This document shows, one piece after another, positions 18,668 to 30,393 of a stretch of DNA of 64,000 bases. Within the stretch, counting starts at the first letter, position 1. Every line of letters begins with the position of its first letter. Made by a program: the position numbers and the translations under genes. Source of the DNA: Hydrurus foetidus (Eukaryota); the NCBI GenBank assembly GCA_900617105.1, contig UYFQ01000001.1, forward strand, positions 2,480,001 through 2,544,000. Direction: 5' to 3'. The notes beneath the pieces were generated by a model. The model saw nothing but the letters and a program-made list of their open reading frames with translations, was not told the origin of the DNA and did not search any database.

Positions 18668-20578
18668 CTATCTGCGCTTAATTTTTTTTATTAGCCCTTC
18701 AAGGCCATGATTCTTGATTATTCTCAAGGCGGCCAAGTATGCGTTAGGCGAGTAAATCTTAGTTGCAAGCCAAATCAATGAGTTTTTACTTGTTACTCGC
18801 GATCCATTATCATGCGCGTAAATGAGCTTACTTCTAATAAATGGCTTTTCTCCTATTAATGATTGCGCAAGTTTTCCCCAAGCGAGAGCAGCCATGTTAA
18901 TGCTATAGTTTTCCATAACGTAGGCACTTGCCGACGAGGCCAAGTCGACGCGCTTATTATGATTTAATATAAGGCTTTCTAACGCTGAAAACCATGCCGC
19001 TGTTGTATTCGCGGCTAACAACCCATTCTTGTTGTGGCGAACGTGGTCTGAGTAAGGCGGCACATCAGAGCAGATGGTGGGAATTCCTGCCGCTGAATAA
19101 TCGAAATACTTAATTGGACTTTTACACGAGCTGAATAATGAGCTGTCCAGTGGAATAATCCCGATCCCGTTGTCTAGTGACGCAATAAACGATTTAAAAT
19201 TTAAATAAGGCATATTATTGATTTTTTCAATTTTTAAACCTAACCTTTCTAAGAACTCGCCCGGAGGGCCAATCCCCAAAATTCTCACCGCGTATTTACT
19301 TTGAATCAGTTTTAATGCGGGCGCGATAAAGTCAACTAAGACTGCATCAGACGATGCCACGACGAGTGTTACTTGATTGGAATGAGCGTTACTGTGTTTT
19401 GCTACTCTTGCCGTGCCATCTGAGCAATTAGGAATACAGTGAAGGTTAGCACTGTAGCGGGATATCTCTTTACCCAATCTATTGGTAGTAAAAGTTACGG
19501 CGTTTGCAAGCCGCATTAAATTGACTATGTGAGGCTTCTCAGCATTCGCACTCGCAGCATGATGGGATAGAAACGGCGGCAAATCAGTAAGCAGATCGTC
19601 TATTTCAAAGACTATTTGCTTACCGTTTTTGATCAACTGTTTAACGAGTTCAATTACGTAAGCACTTGCTTGCCGCTGGAATATATAGACATCCCCCCAT
19701 TCGAGATCGGTTTTTGCAAAGTCGTTGATATCCGCAAATTTCACATCCCCCCCCGTTTGAAGCGCCCATCTTTCAAGTGGTAGACGTAATCTAATTTCGG
19801 ATAACGCAGAGCCGGTCCCAGGCAGGCAACAAACCAAGCGAGGTTTTTGCTCTTTAAATTCGACAGAATTTACTCTTGCAGCTGTTTTAGCATCAGCGAC
19901 AGGTTTAGCCGCAAGTACATACTGAAAATCATTTGAGCAATCATCCTGAACTAATGAAGCGGCCATATTCACCATATTGCTATCGAGGCCAAGACCACAA
20001 AGCTCGTCCACCTGCGACACAGAAAGCTTGACGGGATACATCCTTAGTACTTGGTAAGCTGAATTTGAAAAAAGCCGAGTCAACGATGCCCGAGTAAAAA
20101 ACCGTAAATGAGTCCGGTCTAATATTCCTAACTCCGCATAATCCCAGCGCCCTTCGAGCAGCATTGTTCGTACGGCGAGATGTGCCACATTGGGAACAGA
20201 CGCTACAATTGTGCCGCTCGTATTCAAGTGAGTTCTGCACAGTAATAGGACTTCCTCCGGGTACGAAATGTGTTCGAGTACGTCGCCAAACACAATGACA
20301 TCGAATTTTCTATCAGTATTAGCTTTAAAGTAATCTTGAATAAATCCTGCGAATACGCCATCGAGAAGACTGCGCGCTGCTTCGGCTGCAACGTGATTGG
20401 GTTCAACCCCCCAAACTCTGTGGCCCACGTCTTTGAGCGCCGCGCCAAAATATCCTGCGGAGCAACCTACCTCCAGTATTTCTAGACACTTACCTTCTGA
20501 AACTTGTTGAATTAGGTCAAATGCAAGGGTATGAGAGTTATTCTTATTTGCGAGATCGATTTTTGCAAAATATTTCAT
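18668..20578 (-). CDS. SAM methyltransferase - GT-B glycosyltransferase fusion
   Basis: N-terminal LEVGCSAG, DVLEH, SVPN, GILDRTHLRFFT; C-terminal FQRQ, FEIDDLL, CKSPIKYFDY, SDVPPY. Confidence 0.85.
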   Translation of the reverse strand: MKYFAKIDLANKNNSHTLAFDLIQQVSEGKCLEILEVGCSAGYFGAALKDVGHRVWGVEPNHVAAEAARSLLDGVFAGFIQDYFKANTDRKFDVIVFGDVLEHISYPEEVLLLCRTHLNTSGTIVASVPNVAHLAVRTMLLEGRWDYAELGILDRTHLRFFTRASLTRLFSNSAYQVLRMYPVKLSVSQVDELCGLGLDSNMVNMAASLVQDDCSNDFQYVLAAKPVADAKTAARVNSVEFKEQKPRLVCCLPGTGSALSEIRLRLPLERWALQTGGDVKFADINDFAKTDLEWGDVYIFQRQASAYVIELVKQLIKNGKQIVFEIDDLLTDLPPFLSHHAASANAEKPHIVNLMRLANAVTFTTNRLGKEISRYSANLHCIPNCSDGTARVAKHSNAHSNQVTLVVASSDAVLVDFIAPALKLIQSKYAVRILGIGPPGEFLERLGLKIEKINNMPYLNFKSFIASLDNGIGIIPLDSSLFSSCKSPIKYFDYSAAGIPTICSDVPPYSDHVRHNKNGLLAANTTAAWFSALESLILNHNKRVDLASSASAYVMENYSINMAALAWGKLAQSLIGEKPFIRSKLIYAHDNGSRVTSKNSLIWLATKIYSPNAYLAALRIIKNHGLEGLIKKIKRR

Positions 20579-20733
20579 TGCATGAATTCCTAACTTGACT
20601 CAATTAATTTGTGGCCTAAGATTACAGTTTTTTCTTGGGGAACCGCCGAGTAATTTCCTTCGCAGTATCTTCGATAAATCTGACCATCGTGCTCAGCAAC
20701 GATTTGGTTGAGGTTGGAAACTTGACGCTTTAA

Positions 20734-21378
20734 TTAATTTAACTCATAATATTCTAATCGCTGCGAACCTAGTGCGGCATAATAATTTATCAATCTTTGC
20801 TTTTCGGGTGAATTGGCTTGCTGCCAATCCAGCAACTTACCATCTGGTGCATTGTTTGGTTGCAACACTTCAAGGCTATGCGAATGCACAAACTCTAGGT
20901 TATTCGGGTAACGCGCTTTCAGTTCTTCCCAAAATTTATACACCCCATAGCCGCGCTCACGAACATTGGCATCGCGAAGCTTGACGACTGCACCGGGAGC
21001 CAATTTTGGCAACCACGTTTCGAAAACATAACGAACTACTTCATAGGTGTGAAGCCCGTCAATGTGCAATAGCTCAATTGATTTATCCGAAAAATTGACC
21101 ACGGCATCATTAAAAATATCGCCGTTATGTTGACCGGTATGTTCATCGCCACACCACGTATCAACGGCATAACATTTAGTTGAAAGATCCGCTTCAACAA
21201 CTAACTGACAGAATGAGAAATATGAATACCCGTAATGACTGCCAAAATCGACAAATATTTTTGGTAAAGCGTCTTGGGCAATCCATGCGGCAAAGGGCAA
21301 ATGCCCCATCCATTCGCGCGGGGATTGCAGTAAATCAGGTGTAAACGCCGCAATATTTAATAATATATTTTGATTCAT
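20734..21378 (-). pseudogene. Methyltransf_24-like SAM methyltransferase, apparently degenerate
   Basis: Keeps AVDTW, LLHIDGLHTYE, WLPKL, but shows VDFGSH (usually VELGT), KLRDAN (usually LFHD) and a short segment between GDEH and LLHIDG; comparison from memory. Confidence 0.55.
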
Positions 21379-22733
21379 CTGGTGCTCAATCGAATGTTGT
21401 TCATTGGCACCCCTACTAACCCAGTGCTCACACTGCTGCTATGTGATTTCAGCAAGAGCGCATCGTGCATCCAATGGTGCTGAATATGCTCTTGCTGGTT
21501 ACCCTCCGCTAATGCAGCAGTGATGGAATAATCACCCATTGGCAAAATAGGCATCCTGAATTCAAATTCAGCATCAAATTTAGCGCCCGAAGAAATAATA
21601 AGTGGCGCTTGCTTAGAAAAATTGCAAGTATTTTCACCAAAGATTGGCTGTCCCAGTCGGTCATTGACAAGAAAACCTATAATCGGGCTAGGGATGTTGG
21701 CCGTGGCAAAGCAGGTGATTACAAGTCGCACCTTTTCACCACCCACTACCCATGCCAATGGCTTGCCCGTTTCATCAAGCAATTCAACTGAAGTAATGTT
21801 ACCGCCACCTTTTCCAAAACTCGCTGCGTCGGGTATAAAACTAAAAAGTTCAATATCGTTCCGATGGTCTGTTGTATTTATGAAGTCCTGCCGCATGTCT
21901 CGTGGCTGCTCTTCAGGCAACTTATCATCAATATTCTTTTCGCTGATGTTTGCTGCACTTTCGCCTTGTTGAGATTCGTACAATTCGGCAAGGTACATTT
22001 GTGTCACATCTTTGGGTTCACCTCGGTATTTTGAAATACCTTTATTTAACCAGATTGCGCTCTGACAAAGATTAATTACTGCACCCGTATCATGACTCAC
22101 AAAGAGTACTGTCCCCTTTTCCATGAACTTGCGCAAAAAACGCATGCACTTTTGGGTGAAAAATGCATCGCCTACGGACAATGCCTCGTCAACAACCAAA
22201 ATATCTGCATCCACATGCGCAAGAACGGCAAAGGCCAGTCGCACCATCATCCCACTTGAATAGGATTTAACTGGCTGCTCAATGAACTCGCCAATATCAG
22301 CAAAAGTTGCGATGGCATCAAAACGCGAATCAATCTCATTAGTGCTTAAACCCAGCACCGAAGCATTCATGTAAACATTTTCGCGCCCGGTAAACTCAGG
22401 GTTGAATCCTGAACCTAGTTCCAGCAGAGCGGCAACGCGGCCGTTGGTTTGTATGCTGCCGCTGGTGGGGGTAAGCGTACCGCAGATCATTTGCAGCAGG
22501 GTGGATTTGCCCGATCCATTGCGCCCGATGATGCCGACGGTTTCGCCTTTTTTGATCTCAAACGAAACGTCTTTGAGTGCCAAGAATTCACGGAAATATT
22601 GTTTTGGCGATTGCCCTGCCAGCCGCTGCAGGCGTGGGGCGATAAACTGCTTGAGCCGGTCAAGCGGGGTGTCATAAAGCTCGTAGCGCTTGCTAAGGTT
22701 CGTGACGCGGATGGCGAAATCGTTAGACGACAT
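21375..22733 (-). CDS. wzt: O-antigen ABC transporter ATPase with C-terminal carbohydrate-binding domain
   Basis: GRNGSGKST, YSSGMMVRLAFA, VVDEALSVGD, plus a C-terminal beta-rich extension. Confidence 0.93.
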   Translation of the reverse strand: MSSNDFAIRVTNLSKRYELYDTPLDRLKQFIAPRLQRLAGQSPKQYFREFLALKDVSFEIKKGETVGIIGRNGSGKSTLLQMICGTLTPTSGSIQTNGRVAALLELGSGFNPEFTGRENVYMNASVLGLSTNEIDSRFDAIATFADIGEFIEQPVKSYSSGMMVRLAFAVLAHVDADILVVDEALSVGDAFFTQKCMRFLRKFMEKGTVLFVSHDTGAVINLCQSAIWLNKGISKYRGEPKDVTQMYLAELYESQQGESAANISEKNIDDKLPEEQPRDMRQDFINTTDHRNDIELFSFIPDAASFGKGGGNITSVELLDETGKPLAWVVGGEKVRLVITCFATANIPSPIIGFLVNDRLGQPIFGENTCNFSKQAPLIISSGAKFDAEFEFRMPILPMGDYSITAALAEGNQQEHIQHHWMHDALLLKSHSSSVSTGLVGVPMNNIRLSTR

Positions 22734-23577
22734 CAGCAAACCCTTTGCGCGTTTTTTGGAACCAGGCGTAGCCTGCCCATGCAATGACAGTTGCCGCCAG
22801 GGTGTAAGTGCTCAAACCCAGCACGTTCGGCAAATGCCCCCAGATCAGCACTTCACGCGCTTGTTCGATGATGAAAGTAAGCGGGTTGGCCATGATGAAC
22901 GGGCGGAATCTTTCCGGCACGGCGGTGACTGGGTAAAACACCGGGGACAGAAACATCAACACGGTAGTAATAATGCCAATGGTTTGCCCGACATCGCGCA
23001 GGAATACGCCTAGGGATGCCAGCATCCACGCGAGACCCATGGTGAGGATGACCAGCGGCAGCAGTACCAAGGGGAAGAAAATCGCCGTCCAGTGCAGGTA
23101 GCCATTAAAGAGCGCAAAGGCGGCCAGCAGTACGCCAAGACTGATGAGGGTGTGAAAAAGCGCTGCACCCATGGCGATCACCGGCAGTATCTCAATCGGG
23201 AATACTACTTTTTTGACGTAATTGACGTTGGCAAGAATCAAGCCGGGCGCGCGGTTGAGTACCTCGCTGAACAGGCTGAGAACAATCATGCCGACGAACA
23301 GAACTACGGCGAATTGCGTTTTGCTATCGTCACCACCCATGCCACCCCAGCGCGATTTAAATATCTCGGAGAAGACGAAGGTGTACACCACCAGCATGAA
23401 CACGGGGGAGAAGAACGACCAAGCCAGTCCGAAGGCAGAGCCTTTGTAGCGACCCAGCACTTCGCGCTTGGTCATTTGCACGATGAGCTGGCGGTTGCGC
23501 CAAAGGCTTTTGCCCAGTGCCGCGAGGGATGTGGGTTGGGTGGCGTGGGGGTTGATCGCCGTTGACGCGTTAATCAT
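22723..23577 (-). CDS. wzm: O-antigen ABC transporter permease
   Basis: RYKGSAFGLAW, NYVKKVVFP, RDVGQ, SPVFYP, NPL. Confidence 0.93.
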   Translation of the reverse strand: MINASTAINPHATQPTSLAALGKSLWRNRQLIVQMTKREVLGRYKGSAFGLAWSFFSPVFMLVVYTFVFSEIFKSRWGGMGGDDSKTQFAVVLFVGMIVLSLFSEVLNRAPGLILANVNYVKKVVFPIEILPVIAMGAALFHTLISLGVLLAAFALFNGYLHWTAIFFPLVLLPLVILTMGLAWMLASLGVFLRDVGQTIGIITTVLMFLSPVFYPVTAVPERFRPFIMANPLTFIIEQAREVLIWGHLPNVLGLSTYTLAATVIAWAGYAWFQKTRKGFADVV

Positions 23578-24119
23578 GTGAAGTGTTCTGCTTTTGCCAA
23601 TGCATTGGCTTGTTGGTCTTTTGCGGACAAGGTAGGCTTGCCCTGAATGGGCCAATTGACGCCGATTGTGGGGTCGTCCCAGGCCAGGCTTCGCTCGTAC
23701 TGCGGGGCGTAGTAGTCGGTGGTTTTGTAGAGAAATTCGGCAGTGTCAGAAAGCACCACGAAGCCATGGGCAAAACCTTCGGGCACCCAGAGCTGGCGTT
23801 TGTTGTCTGCCGACAGAACTTCACCCACCCACTGGCCAAAAGTAGATGACGACTTGCGAATATCAACCGCTACGTCAAACACCTGTCCCTGCACCACCCG
23901 CACCAGCTTGCCCTGCGGCTGCTTAATTTGGTAGTGCAGGCCGCGCAGCACGTTTTTGACCGAGCGGGAATGGTTGTCCTGAACAAAATTTACTGACCGG
24001 CCAATTGCCGCTTCAAATTTGGACTGGTTAAAGCTCTCGAAGAAAAAGCCGCGTTCGTCACCAAACACCTGCGGCTCAAGCAAAACGACATCAGCAATGG
24101 CAAGTCGGGTGGCTTTCAT
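23574..24119 (-). CDS. rfbC: dTDP-4-dehydrorhamnose 3,5-epimerase
   Basis: DERGFFFESF, QDNHSRS, LRGLHYQ, GFAHGF. Confidence 0.97.
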   Translation of the reverse strand: MKATRLAIADVVLLEPQVFGDERGFFFESFNQSKFEAAIGRSVNFVQDNHSRSVKNVLRGLHYQIKQPQGKLVRVVQGQVFDVAVDIRKSSSTFGQWVGEVLSADNKRQLWVPEGFAHGFVVLSDTAEFLYKTTDYYAPQYERSLAWDDPTIGVNWPIQGKPTLSAKDQQANALAKAEHFT

Positions 24120-25003
24120 CAGAATACTTGCTCCTTCAACACTCGAAGCAAGTATTGCCCATAGCCATTTTTCGTCAGCGGTTGCGCCAGCTTTTCAAGC
24201 TGGCCGGCGTCGATCCACTTTTGCCGGTAGGCGATCTCTTCTGGGCATGAAACTTTCAGACCTTGACGGTTTTCAAGGGTGGCGATGAACTGGCTGGCAT
24301 CGAGCAGCGACTCGTGGGTGCCCGTGTCTAGCCAGGCGTAGCCCCTGCCCATGATTTCAACGCTGAGCTGACCGCGCTCAAGATACAGACGGTTCAGGTC
24401 GGTGATTTCGAGCTCGCCGCGGGGCGATGGCTTGAGGTTTTTAGCCAGGCCCACCACTTGGTCGTCATAAAAGTAAAGGCCAGTCACCGCGTAGTTTGAC
24501 TTTGGATGTGTTGGCTTTTCTTCAAGTGACAGCACTTTGCCGCTGCCGTCAAACTCGGCCACGCCGTAGCGTTCAGGGTCATGCACATGGTAGGCAAAAA
24601 CACTTGCGCCAACCGGCTGGCTCATGGCGCTGCCGAGCAAATTATGAAAATCATGGCCATAAAAAATATTGTCGCCCAGCACCAGCGCGCTGGGCGAATT
24701 GCCCAAAAACTGCTCGCCAATGATGAACGCTTGAGCCAGGCCGTCGGGGCTGGGCTGCACTGCGTACTGGATGCTTAAGCCCCACTGCGCGCCGTCACCC
24801 AGCAGTTGGGTAAAGCGCGGGGTGTCTTGCGGTGTGCTGATGATCAGGATGTCTTTGATTCCGGCCAGCATCAGCGTGCTGAGCGGGTAGTAAATCATGG
24901 GCTTGTCATACACAGGCAGCAGCTGCTTGCTGATGGCGAGGGTGGCCGGGTGCAACCGGCTGCCGGAGCCGCCTGCCAGGATGATGCCTTTGCGTTGGGT
25001 CAT
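24119..25003 (-). CDS. rfbA: Glucose-1-phosphate thymidylyltransferase
   Basis: [41 protein letters not shown]. Confidence 0.97.
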   Translation of the reverse strand: MTQRKGIILAGGSGSRLHPATLAISKQLLPVYDKPMIYYPLSTLMLAGIKDILIISTPQDTPRFTQLLGDGAQWGLSIQYAVQPSPDGLAQAFIIGEQFLGNSPSALVLGDNIFYGHDFHNLLGSAMSQPVGASVFAYHVHDPERYGVAEFDGSGKVLSLEEKPTHPKSNYAVTGLYFYDDQVVGLAKNLKPSPRGELEITDLNRLYLERGQLSVEIMGRGYAWLDTGTHESLLDASQFIATLENRQGLKVSCPEEIAYRQKWIDAGQLEKLAQPLTKNGYGQYLLRVLKEQVF

Positions 25004-25040
25004 GGTTTTGAGAACAAGTTGGGTCGAAGTCGGGGGACCG

Positions 25041-25934
25041 TTAAAGCGTTTCAGCCAGCATTCGGTCAACGCCTGCTGCCCAGTGCGGCAAGATTAGGTT
25101 AAACCCTAAGTTTATCTTGTCGCAATTTAGCAAAGAGTTAAGCGGGCGCTGGGCGGCGGTTTTGTAGTCGCGCGTTGAAATTGCTTTGAGTTGTGCATCG
25201 TCCAGCTTGAGCGTTACGCGATGCGCGCGCGCGGCAGCAAAAATATGCTGCGCGTAACCGAACCAGGTAGTGCTGCCTGCTGCTGCCAGGTGGTAAACGC
25301 CGCTGGGGGCGGGGCTGCGCAGCGCATGCGCGGTAACGTCGGCGAGCAGGTCTGCACCGGTGGGCGCGCCGATTTGGTCGTTGATGACCGACAGCGTTTC
25401 GCGCTCTTGGGCCAGGCGCAGCATGGTTTTGGCAAAGTTGTTACCCCGTGCGGCGTACACCCAACTGGTGCGAAAGATGAAATGCTTGCAGCCGCTTGCT
25501 GTAATGCCTTGTTCGCCTGCGAGCTTGCTAGTGCCGTAAACACTGAGCGGCCTGGGTGTGTCGGTTTCTATCCAAGGTTTGCCGGGCTGGCCGTCAAACA
25601 CGTAGTCAGTAGAGTAGTGAACCAGCATCGCTCCTATTTTAGTAGCTGCTTGCGCAATAGCTGTAGGCGCTAGAGCATTAATTGTGTATGCATTTGTGCT
25701 GTCAGACTCGGCTTGGTCGACCGCAGTGTAAGCAGCCGCATTGACGATAACGTCAGGCTGCATCGCCAGTACAGTGCTGGCCAGAGCGTCGGGGTTTAAA
25801 AAATCGCCGCTGACTGGTACGCCGTTGTATTCAGTACTGTGCCGGTTCAGCGCAATCAACTCGCCCAGCGGTGCCAGGCTCCTTTGAAGTTCCCAGCCGA
25901 CCTGACCGCCTTTACCGAAAAGGAGAATTTTCAT
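25041..25934 (-). CDS. rfbD: dTDP-4-dehydrorhamnose reductase
   Basis: [30 protein letters not shown]. Confidence 0.95.
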   Translation of the reverse strand: MKILLFGKGGQVGWELQRSLAPLGELIALNRHSTEYNGVPVSGDFLNPDALASTVLAMQPDVIVNAAAYTAVDQAESDSTNAYTINALAPTAIAQAATKIGAMLVHYSTDYVFDGQPGKPWIETDTPRPLSVYGTSKLAGEQGITASGCKHFIFRTSWVYAARGNNFAKTMLRLAQERETLSVINDQIGAPTGADLLADVTAHALRSPAPSGVYHLAAAGSTTWFGYAQHIFAAARAHRVTLKLDDAQLKAISTRDYKTAAQRPLNSLLNCDKINLGFNLILPHWAAGVDRMLAETL

Positions 25935-25947
25935 AGGCGGCAGATTT

Positions 25948-26373
25948 TCAGTTCGGCTTGATGGTGGTGCGTTTACCGTCAAGCGGCTCTATCCACACTT
26001 CTTTTGCGCCAGCTTTCAGGTACAGGCCGGCCTTCATGTGCATTTCAGCCCAAGTGTTGCTCGGGGACATAATTTCTACGCACACCTCGGGGGCCTGCGG
26101 GTACGGGGTTTGCGTGCCGAATTGGGCGTAAAGCGCGTCAGATATCCAAGCCACATCTGCCACGCGCACGCCGTCATCGGTTTGAATACTGCATTCGGCA
26201 ATAACTACGCCGCCACGTTTTTTACTTAGTTCGCTAGATATTTCAACCTGCCGCCGTCCGTGCAGGTTAGACGCCGGACTCATTTCAACTTTGCCCCATT
26301 TGCTTAATTCGATTTTGAATGGCAAATTTTGTAAGTAGGGGTTGTCAATTACTTCCTGCCAGGTCATACCCAT
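25948..26373 (-). CDS. Uma2 (DUF820) family putative endonuclease
   Basis: MSPA..H, VADVAW, APEVCVEIMSPSN, YLKAGAKEVW. Confidence 0.85.
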   Translation of the reverse strand: MGMTWQEVIDNPYLQNLPFKIELSKWGKVEMSPASNLHGRRQVEISSELSKKRGGVVIAECSIQTDDGVRVADVAWISDALYAQFGTQTPYPQAPEVCVEIMSPSNTWAEMHMKAGLYLKAGAKEVWIEPLDGKRTTIKPN

Positions 26374-26406
26374 GTCAGTCTCCCGGTTGGTACTTAATGA
26401 AAATTA

Positions 26407-27468
26407 TCATACCTTGGCGTACTGTTTGCTGACCCACTCGCGGTAGCTGCCGCTTTGCACGTTGGCCACCCAATCGGAGTTAGCCAAGTACCAAGCCACT
26501 GTTTTGCGAATGCCGGTGGCGAAGGTTTCGCTGGGGCGCCAGCCTAGTTCACGCTCGATTTTGCTGGCGTCAATTGCGTAGCGCCTGTCGTGGCCGGGCC
26601 GGTCGGTGACATACGCAATCTGGCTGCTGTAGGGCTTGCCGTCTGCTCTGGGGCGCAGCTCGTCTAGCAACTTGCACACCGTGTGCACGATGTCGATGTT
26701 GGGCATTTCGTTCCAGCCGCCGACGTTGTAGACCTCCCCAACCTTGCCGCGCGCCAGCACTTCGCGTATGGCGCTGCAATGGTCTTTAACGTACAGCCAG
26801 TCGCGAATTTGCTGGCCATCGCCGTACACCGGTAGCGGCTTGCCTGCGAGCGCGTTGACGATCATCAGCGGAATCAACTTTTCAGGAAAGTGGTGCGGGC
26901 CATAGTTGTTGCTGCAGTTGGTGGTTAACACCGGCAAGCCGTAGGTGTGGTGGTACGAGCGCACCAAGTGGTCGCTGGCCGCTTTGCTGGCTGAATACGG
27001 GCTGTTGGGTGCGTAGGGGTGGGTTTCGGTAAAGGCGGCATCATGCGGGCCCAGCGAGCCATACACCTCGTCGGTAGAAACATGCAAAAACCGAAAGGCC
27101 GATTGGGTGGCAGGGTTTAAGCCGCCCCAATAGGCACGCGCCGCCTCTAGCAAATGAAAGGTGCCGACGATGTTAGTTTGAATAAAATCTTCAGGCCCAT
27201 GAATCGAGCGGTCAACATGCGATTCAGCTGCAAAATTAACCACAGCGCGCGGCTGGTAAGTAGCCAGCAGCTGCTTGACCAACGCTGCATCGCCGATGTC
27301 GCCGTTGACGAAAACATGGCGGCTGTCAGCTTGCAGCGTTACCAAATTTTCAAGATTGCCGGCGTAGGTCAGTTTGTCGAGGTTGACAACTGCTTCGCCT
27401 GACTGGGCAAGCCAGTCAAGCACAAAGTTTGCACCTATAAAACCAGCACCACCTGTAACTAAAAGCAT
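26407..27468 (-). CDS. rfbB: dTDP-glucose 4,6-dehydratase
   Basis: [40 protein letters not shown]. Confidence 0.97.
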   Translation of the reverse strand: MLLVTGGAGFIGANFVLDWLAQSGEAVVNLDKLTYAGNLENLVTLQADSRHVFVNGDIGDAALVKQLLATYQPRAVVNFAAESHVDRSIHGPEDFIQTNIVGTFHLLEAARAYWGGLNPATQSAFRFLHVSTDEVYGSLGPHDAAFTETHPYAPNSPYSASKAASDHLVRSYHHTYGLPVLTTNCSNNYGPHHFPEKLIPLMIVNALAGKPLPVYGDGQQIRDWLYVKDHCSAIREVLARGKVGEVYNVGGWNEMPNIDIVHTVCKLLDELRPRADGKPYSSQIAYVTDRPGHDRRYAIDASKIERELGWRPSETFATGIRKTVAWYLANSDWVANVQSGSYREWVSKQYAKV

Positions 27469-27536
27469 TAAAACCCTTGGTATGCAGCGCCTGTTGGCTG
27501 CAACCAAATTATCCCATAGGCCCCATGCGGGGCAGA

Positions 27537-29558
27537 TCAGAAATGAATGCCGCGCATCATTTCGGCCATGGCTGCTGCTTCTGCTGACAAGCCGGGCTTG
27601 GCCGCTTTATCGCCTTTTTCGCCTTTAACGCCTTTGGCGGCAGAGCTGTCGGGGAACATCCTGAAGGTGGTATTCATCAAAATTTGCGTCACGCGCGGGG
27701 CCACGGCATGAAGCAGCTCTACCGTTGTGCCCAAACGTGTTGCCACGCGCACCGGCTTGTCAATGCAAGCCCGCACCACCATGTCGGCGGCTTCTTGCGG
27801 GTCTAGCAGCGGCATGTTGTCGTAAATTTTGGTTGGCGCCGTCATGGGGGTGCGCACCAGTGGCATGTTGACTGTGGTGAACGTAATGCCCTGGTCTTGA
27901 AACTCGCTGGCGGCGCAAGCTGTCCACGCGTCCAGCGCGGCTTTAGACGCCACATACGCAGAAAAGCGCGGTGCATTCACCAGCACGCTGATGGAGCTCA
28001 AGTTCACCACATGGCCCTTGCGCTTGGCAACCATGCCCGGCAACAAGCCCATCGTGACGCGCAGCGAGCCAAAGTAGTTCAGCTGCATGGTGCGCTCGTA
28101 GTCGTGAAAGCGGTCGTAGCTGGCTTCAATGGCGCGGCGAATTGACCGGCCCGCGTTGTTGATCAAAAAGTCAACGCCGCCATGCACTTCTTCAAGTGTT
28201 TTGGTGAACGCTGCGCAGCCATCAGCGTCTGAAATATCAACGGAGTAGGTAAACACTTTGGCGTCTAAGCCCGCCAATTTGGCATACGCCATGATCTCTT
28301 TTTTAGCCTCGGCCAGCTTGTCTTCGCCGCGCCCGCAAATAATCGTGATGGCGCCCGCCTCGGCAAACTTGCAAGACGCAGACAAACCAATACCCGACGA
28401 GCCGCCAGTAACCAGCACCACTTTGCCGCCGACTGTGCCTTTGAGTGAACGGTCAACGTGCAGCGCCGGGTCCAGGTGACGCTCCCAGTAGTCCCACAGC
28501 CGCCAGGCGTAGTCGCGCAGGTTGGGGCATTCAATGTTCGAGCCCTTCAGCGCCGCTGTCATGTCGCGGCTGTCAAAACGCGTGGGGTAGTTGATGAAGG
28601 CCATCATGTCTTCGGGCACGCCCAAATCTTTCATGACAGCTGCGCGCACGCGGCGCACGGGGGCCAAAGCCATCAAGCCTTTTTTAACGCTTTTCGGAAT
28701 GAACCCCAGCAGCGCGGCATTGATGAAAATATTCATCTTGGGTGCATGGGCTGCCTTGCTGAAAATGTCCAGCACATCACCCACGCGGTAGCCCACCGGG
28801 TCAACCAAATGAAAGCACTTTTTGGCAATAGCCGGTTTGTGGCTGATGTGGTCGAGCGCGTCGACCACGAAGTCAACGGGCACGATATTGACCCGCCCAC
28901 CTTCGAGGCCCACCGACGGCATCCACGGCGGCAACAGTTGGCGCATGCGCTGAATCAGCTTGAAGAAATAGTACGGGCCGTCGATTTTGTCCATCTCACC
29001 AGTGGTACTGTCGCCCACCACCATCGCAGGGCGGAAAACTGTCCATGGCACTTTGCATTCTTTGCGAACGATTTTTTCGCTTTCGTGTTTGGTTCTGAAG
29101 TACGGGTGCTCGTAGTTTTCAGCCTCTTCAAACATGTCTTCACGAAACACGCCTTCGTACAGCCCTGCAGCAGCAATCGACGACACATGGTGAAAGTGGC
29201 CCGCGTCAATCGCTTTGGCAAACTCAACCGTGTTGCGCGTGCCGTCGATGTTGACAGCGATCTGGCTTTCTTCGTCGGCACCCAAGTCGTACACCGCCGC
29301 CAAGTGGTAGAAATGGCCGACCACGCCTTTTAGTTTTTTAATATCGTCCGCACTCACGCCCAATTTTTTAGCGGTCAAGTCGCCATGCACGGCCACGGCT
29401 CTAGCGGCGCTCACGCCCCAGTATTCGCGCAGCGCCGTGGCTTTGCTGGCGCTTTCTTTGCGCAGTAAAAAATGAACCGTTGTGCCTTTGCGCTCAAGCA
29501 ATTTTTTAACCAGGCGTTTGCCGATGAAGCCCGTGGCTCCGGTGACGAAATAATGCAT
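27537..29558 (-). CDS. Two-domain SDR, probable fatty acyl-CoA reductase
   Basis: N-terminal extended SDR ([13 protein letters not shown]) plus C-terminal classical SDR ([22 protein letters not shown]), the architecture of alcohol-forming acyl-CoA reductases. Confidence 0.8.
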   Translation of the reverse strand: MHYFVTGATGFIGKRLVKKLLERKGTTVHFLLRKESASKATALREYWGVSAARAVAVHGDLTAKKLGVSADDIKKLKGVVGHFYHLAAVYDLGADEESQIAVNIDGTRNTVEFAKAIDAGHFHHVSSIAAAGLYEGVFREDMFEEAENYEHPYFRTKHESEKIVRKECKVPWTVFRPAMVVGDSTTGEMDKIDGPYYFFKLIQRMRQLLPPWMPSVGLEGGRVNIVPVDFVVDALDHISHKPAIAKKCFHLVDPVGYRVGDVLDIFSKAAHAPKMNIFINAALLGFIPKSVKKGLMALAPVRRVRAAVMKDLGVPEDMMAFINYPTRFDSRDMTAALKGSNIECPNLRDYAWRLWDYWERHLDPALHVDRSLKGTVGGKVVLVTGGSSGIGLSASCKFAEAGAITIICGRGEDKLAEAKKEIMAYAKLAGLDAKVFTYSVDISDADGCAAFTKTLEEVHGGVDFLINNAGRSIRRAIEASYDRFHDYERTMQLNYFGSLRVTMGLLPGMVAKRKGHVVNLSSISVLVNAPRFSAYVASKAALDAWTACAASEFQDQGITFTTVNMPLVRTPMTAPTKIYDNMPLLDPQEAADMVVRACIDKPVRVATRLGTTVELLHAVAPRVTQILMNTTFRMFPDSSAAKGVKGEKGDKAAKPGLSAEAAAMAEMMRGIHF

Positions 29559-29785
29559 GAACGTTTTCCTCAAGTGATGGGGTTGATTTGACGGACTCAA
29601 ATCAAGCTGTGATTCTTGCTTAAACAAGAGCCTTTACTATTAAGCAAATACCCGCGCCTGCCCCGTCAGGCCGCCGATTGGCGCCGTGCCACCGCGCCGT
29701 TTTGCTAATGTTTCTAGATTCCTGCACCTAAACGCCAGCCCGCCCAGCGCTTACAGTTGAGTTTTACATTTACATCAAGGCTCCC

Positions 29786-30322
29786 ATGGTCAAAAAATTA
29801 CAAAAGATGAGTGCTGACAAGGCAGGCGCACCACACCTGGCAGGTGCAGTGAAAGAATCAGCACAACAAATCTGGCTGGCTGGCTTGGGCGCGTTTTCAA
29901 AAGCGCAAGAAGGCGGCGGTAAAGTGTTTGAAGCCTTGATGAAAGAAGGCCTGTCTATTCAACGTAAAACGCAAGCAGTTGCTGAAGAAAAACTGTCTGA
30001 AGCCACCAGCAAAATGGCCAACATGGCGGGCGACATTCAGTCCAAAGCAGGCCACCAGTGGGACAAACTTGAAAACATTTTTGAAGACCGCGTAGCCAAA
30101 GCACTGAACAAGCTGGGCGTGCCTTCAGCCAAAGATGTGGATGCCTTGATTGCCCGCATTGACGAGCTCAACAAAAGCGTTCAAAAAATGAGCAAGGCGC
30201 CTGCTGCCAAAGCCCCGGCAAAACCAGCCATAAAAGCCGCAGCAACGGCACCTGCAAAAACCGCCGCCAAGCCAGTCGCCAAAAAAGCGGCCAAGCGCCC
30301 TGCCGCCAGCAAGCCGGCTTGA
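29786..30322 (+). CDS. PhaF-like granule-associated protein (phasin) with Ala/Lys/Pro tail
   Basis: QQIWLAGLGAF, WDKLENIFEDRV..ALNKLGVPS, AKP repeats. Confidence 0.88.
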   Translation: MVKKLQKMSADKAGAPHLAGAVKESAQQIWLAGLGAFSKAQEGGGKVFEALMKEGLSIQRKTQAVAEEKLSEATSKMANMAGDIQSKAGHQWDKLENIFEDRVAKALNKLGVPSAKDVDALIARIDELNKSVQKMSKAPAAKAPAKPAIKAAATAPAKTAAKPVAKKAAKRPAASKPA

Positions 30323-30359
30323 TGAGCTTTGCAATTTTTGCGAATTTAATTTTCAGTTC

Positions 30360-30381
30360 AGGGGGCAAGCGCCCCCTTTTT
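30360..30381 (+). terminator. Intrinsic terminator after the phasin gene
   Basis: AGGGGGC-AAGC-GCCCCCT followed by a T run. Confidence 0.65.
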
Positions 30382-30393
30382 CACGCCTAGACC

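Noticed and set aside
30193..30320. Repetitive DNA at the phasin 3' end
   Set aside because: Explained by the AKP-rich histone-like tail of PhaF-type proteins
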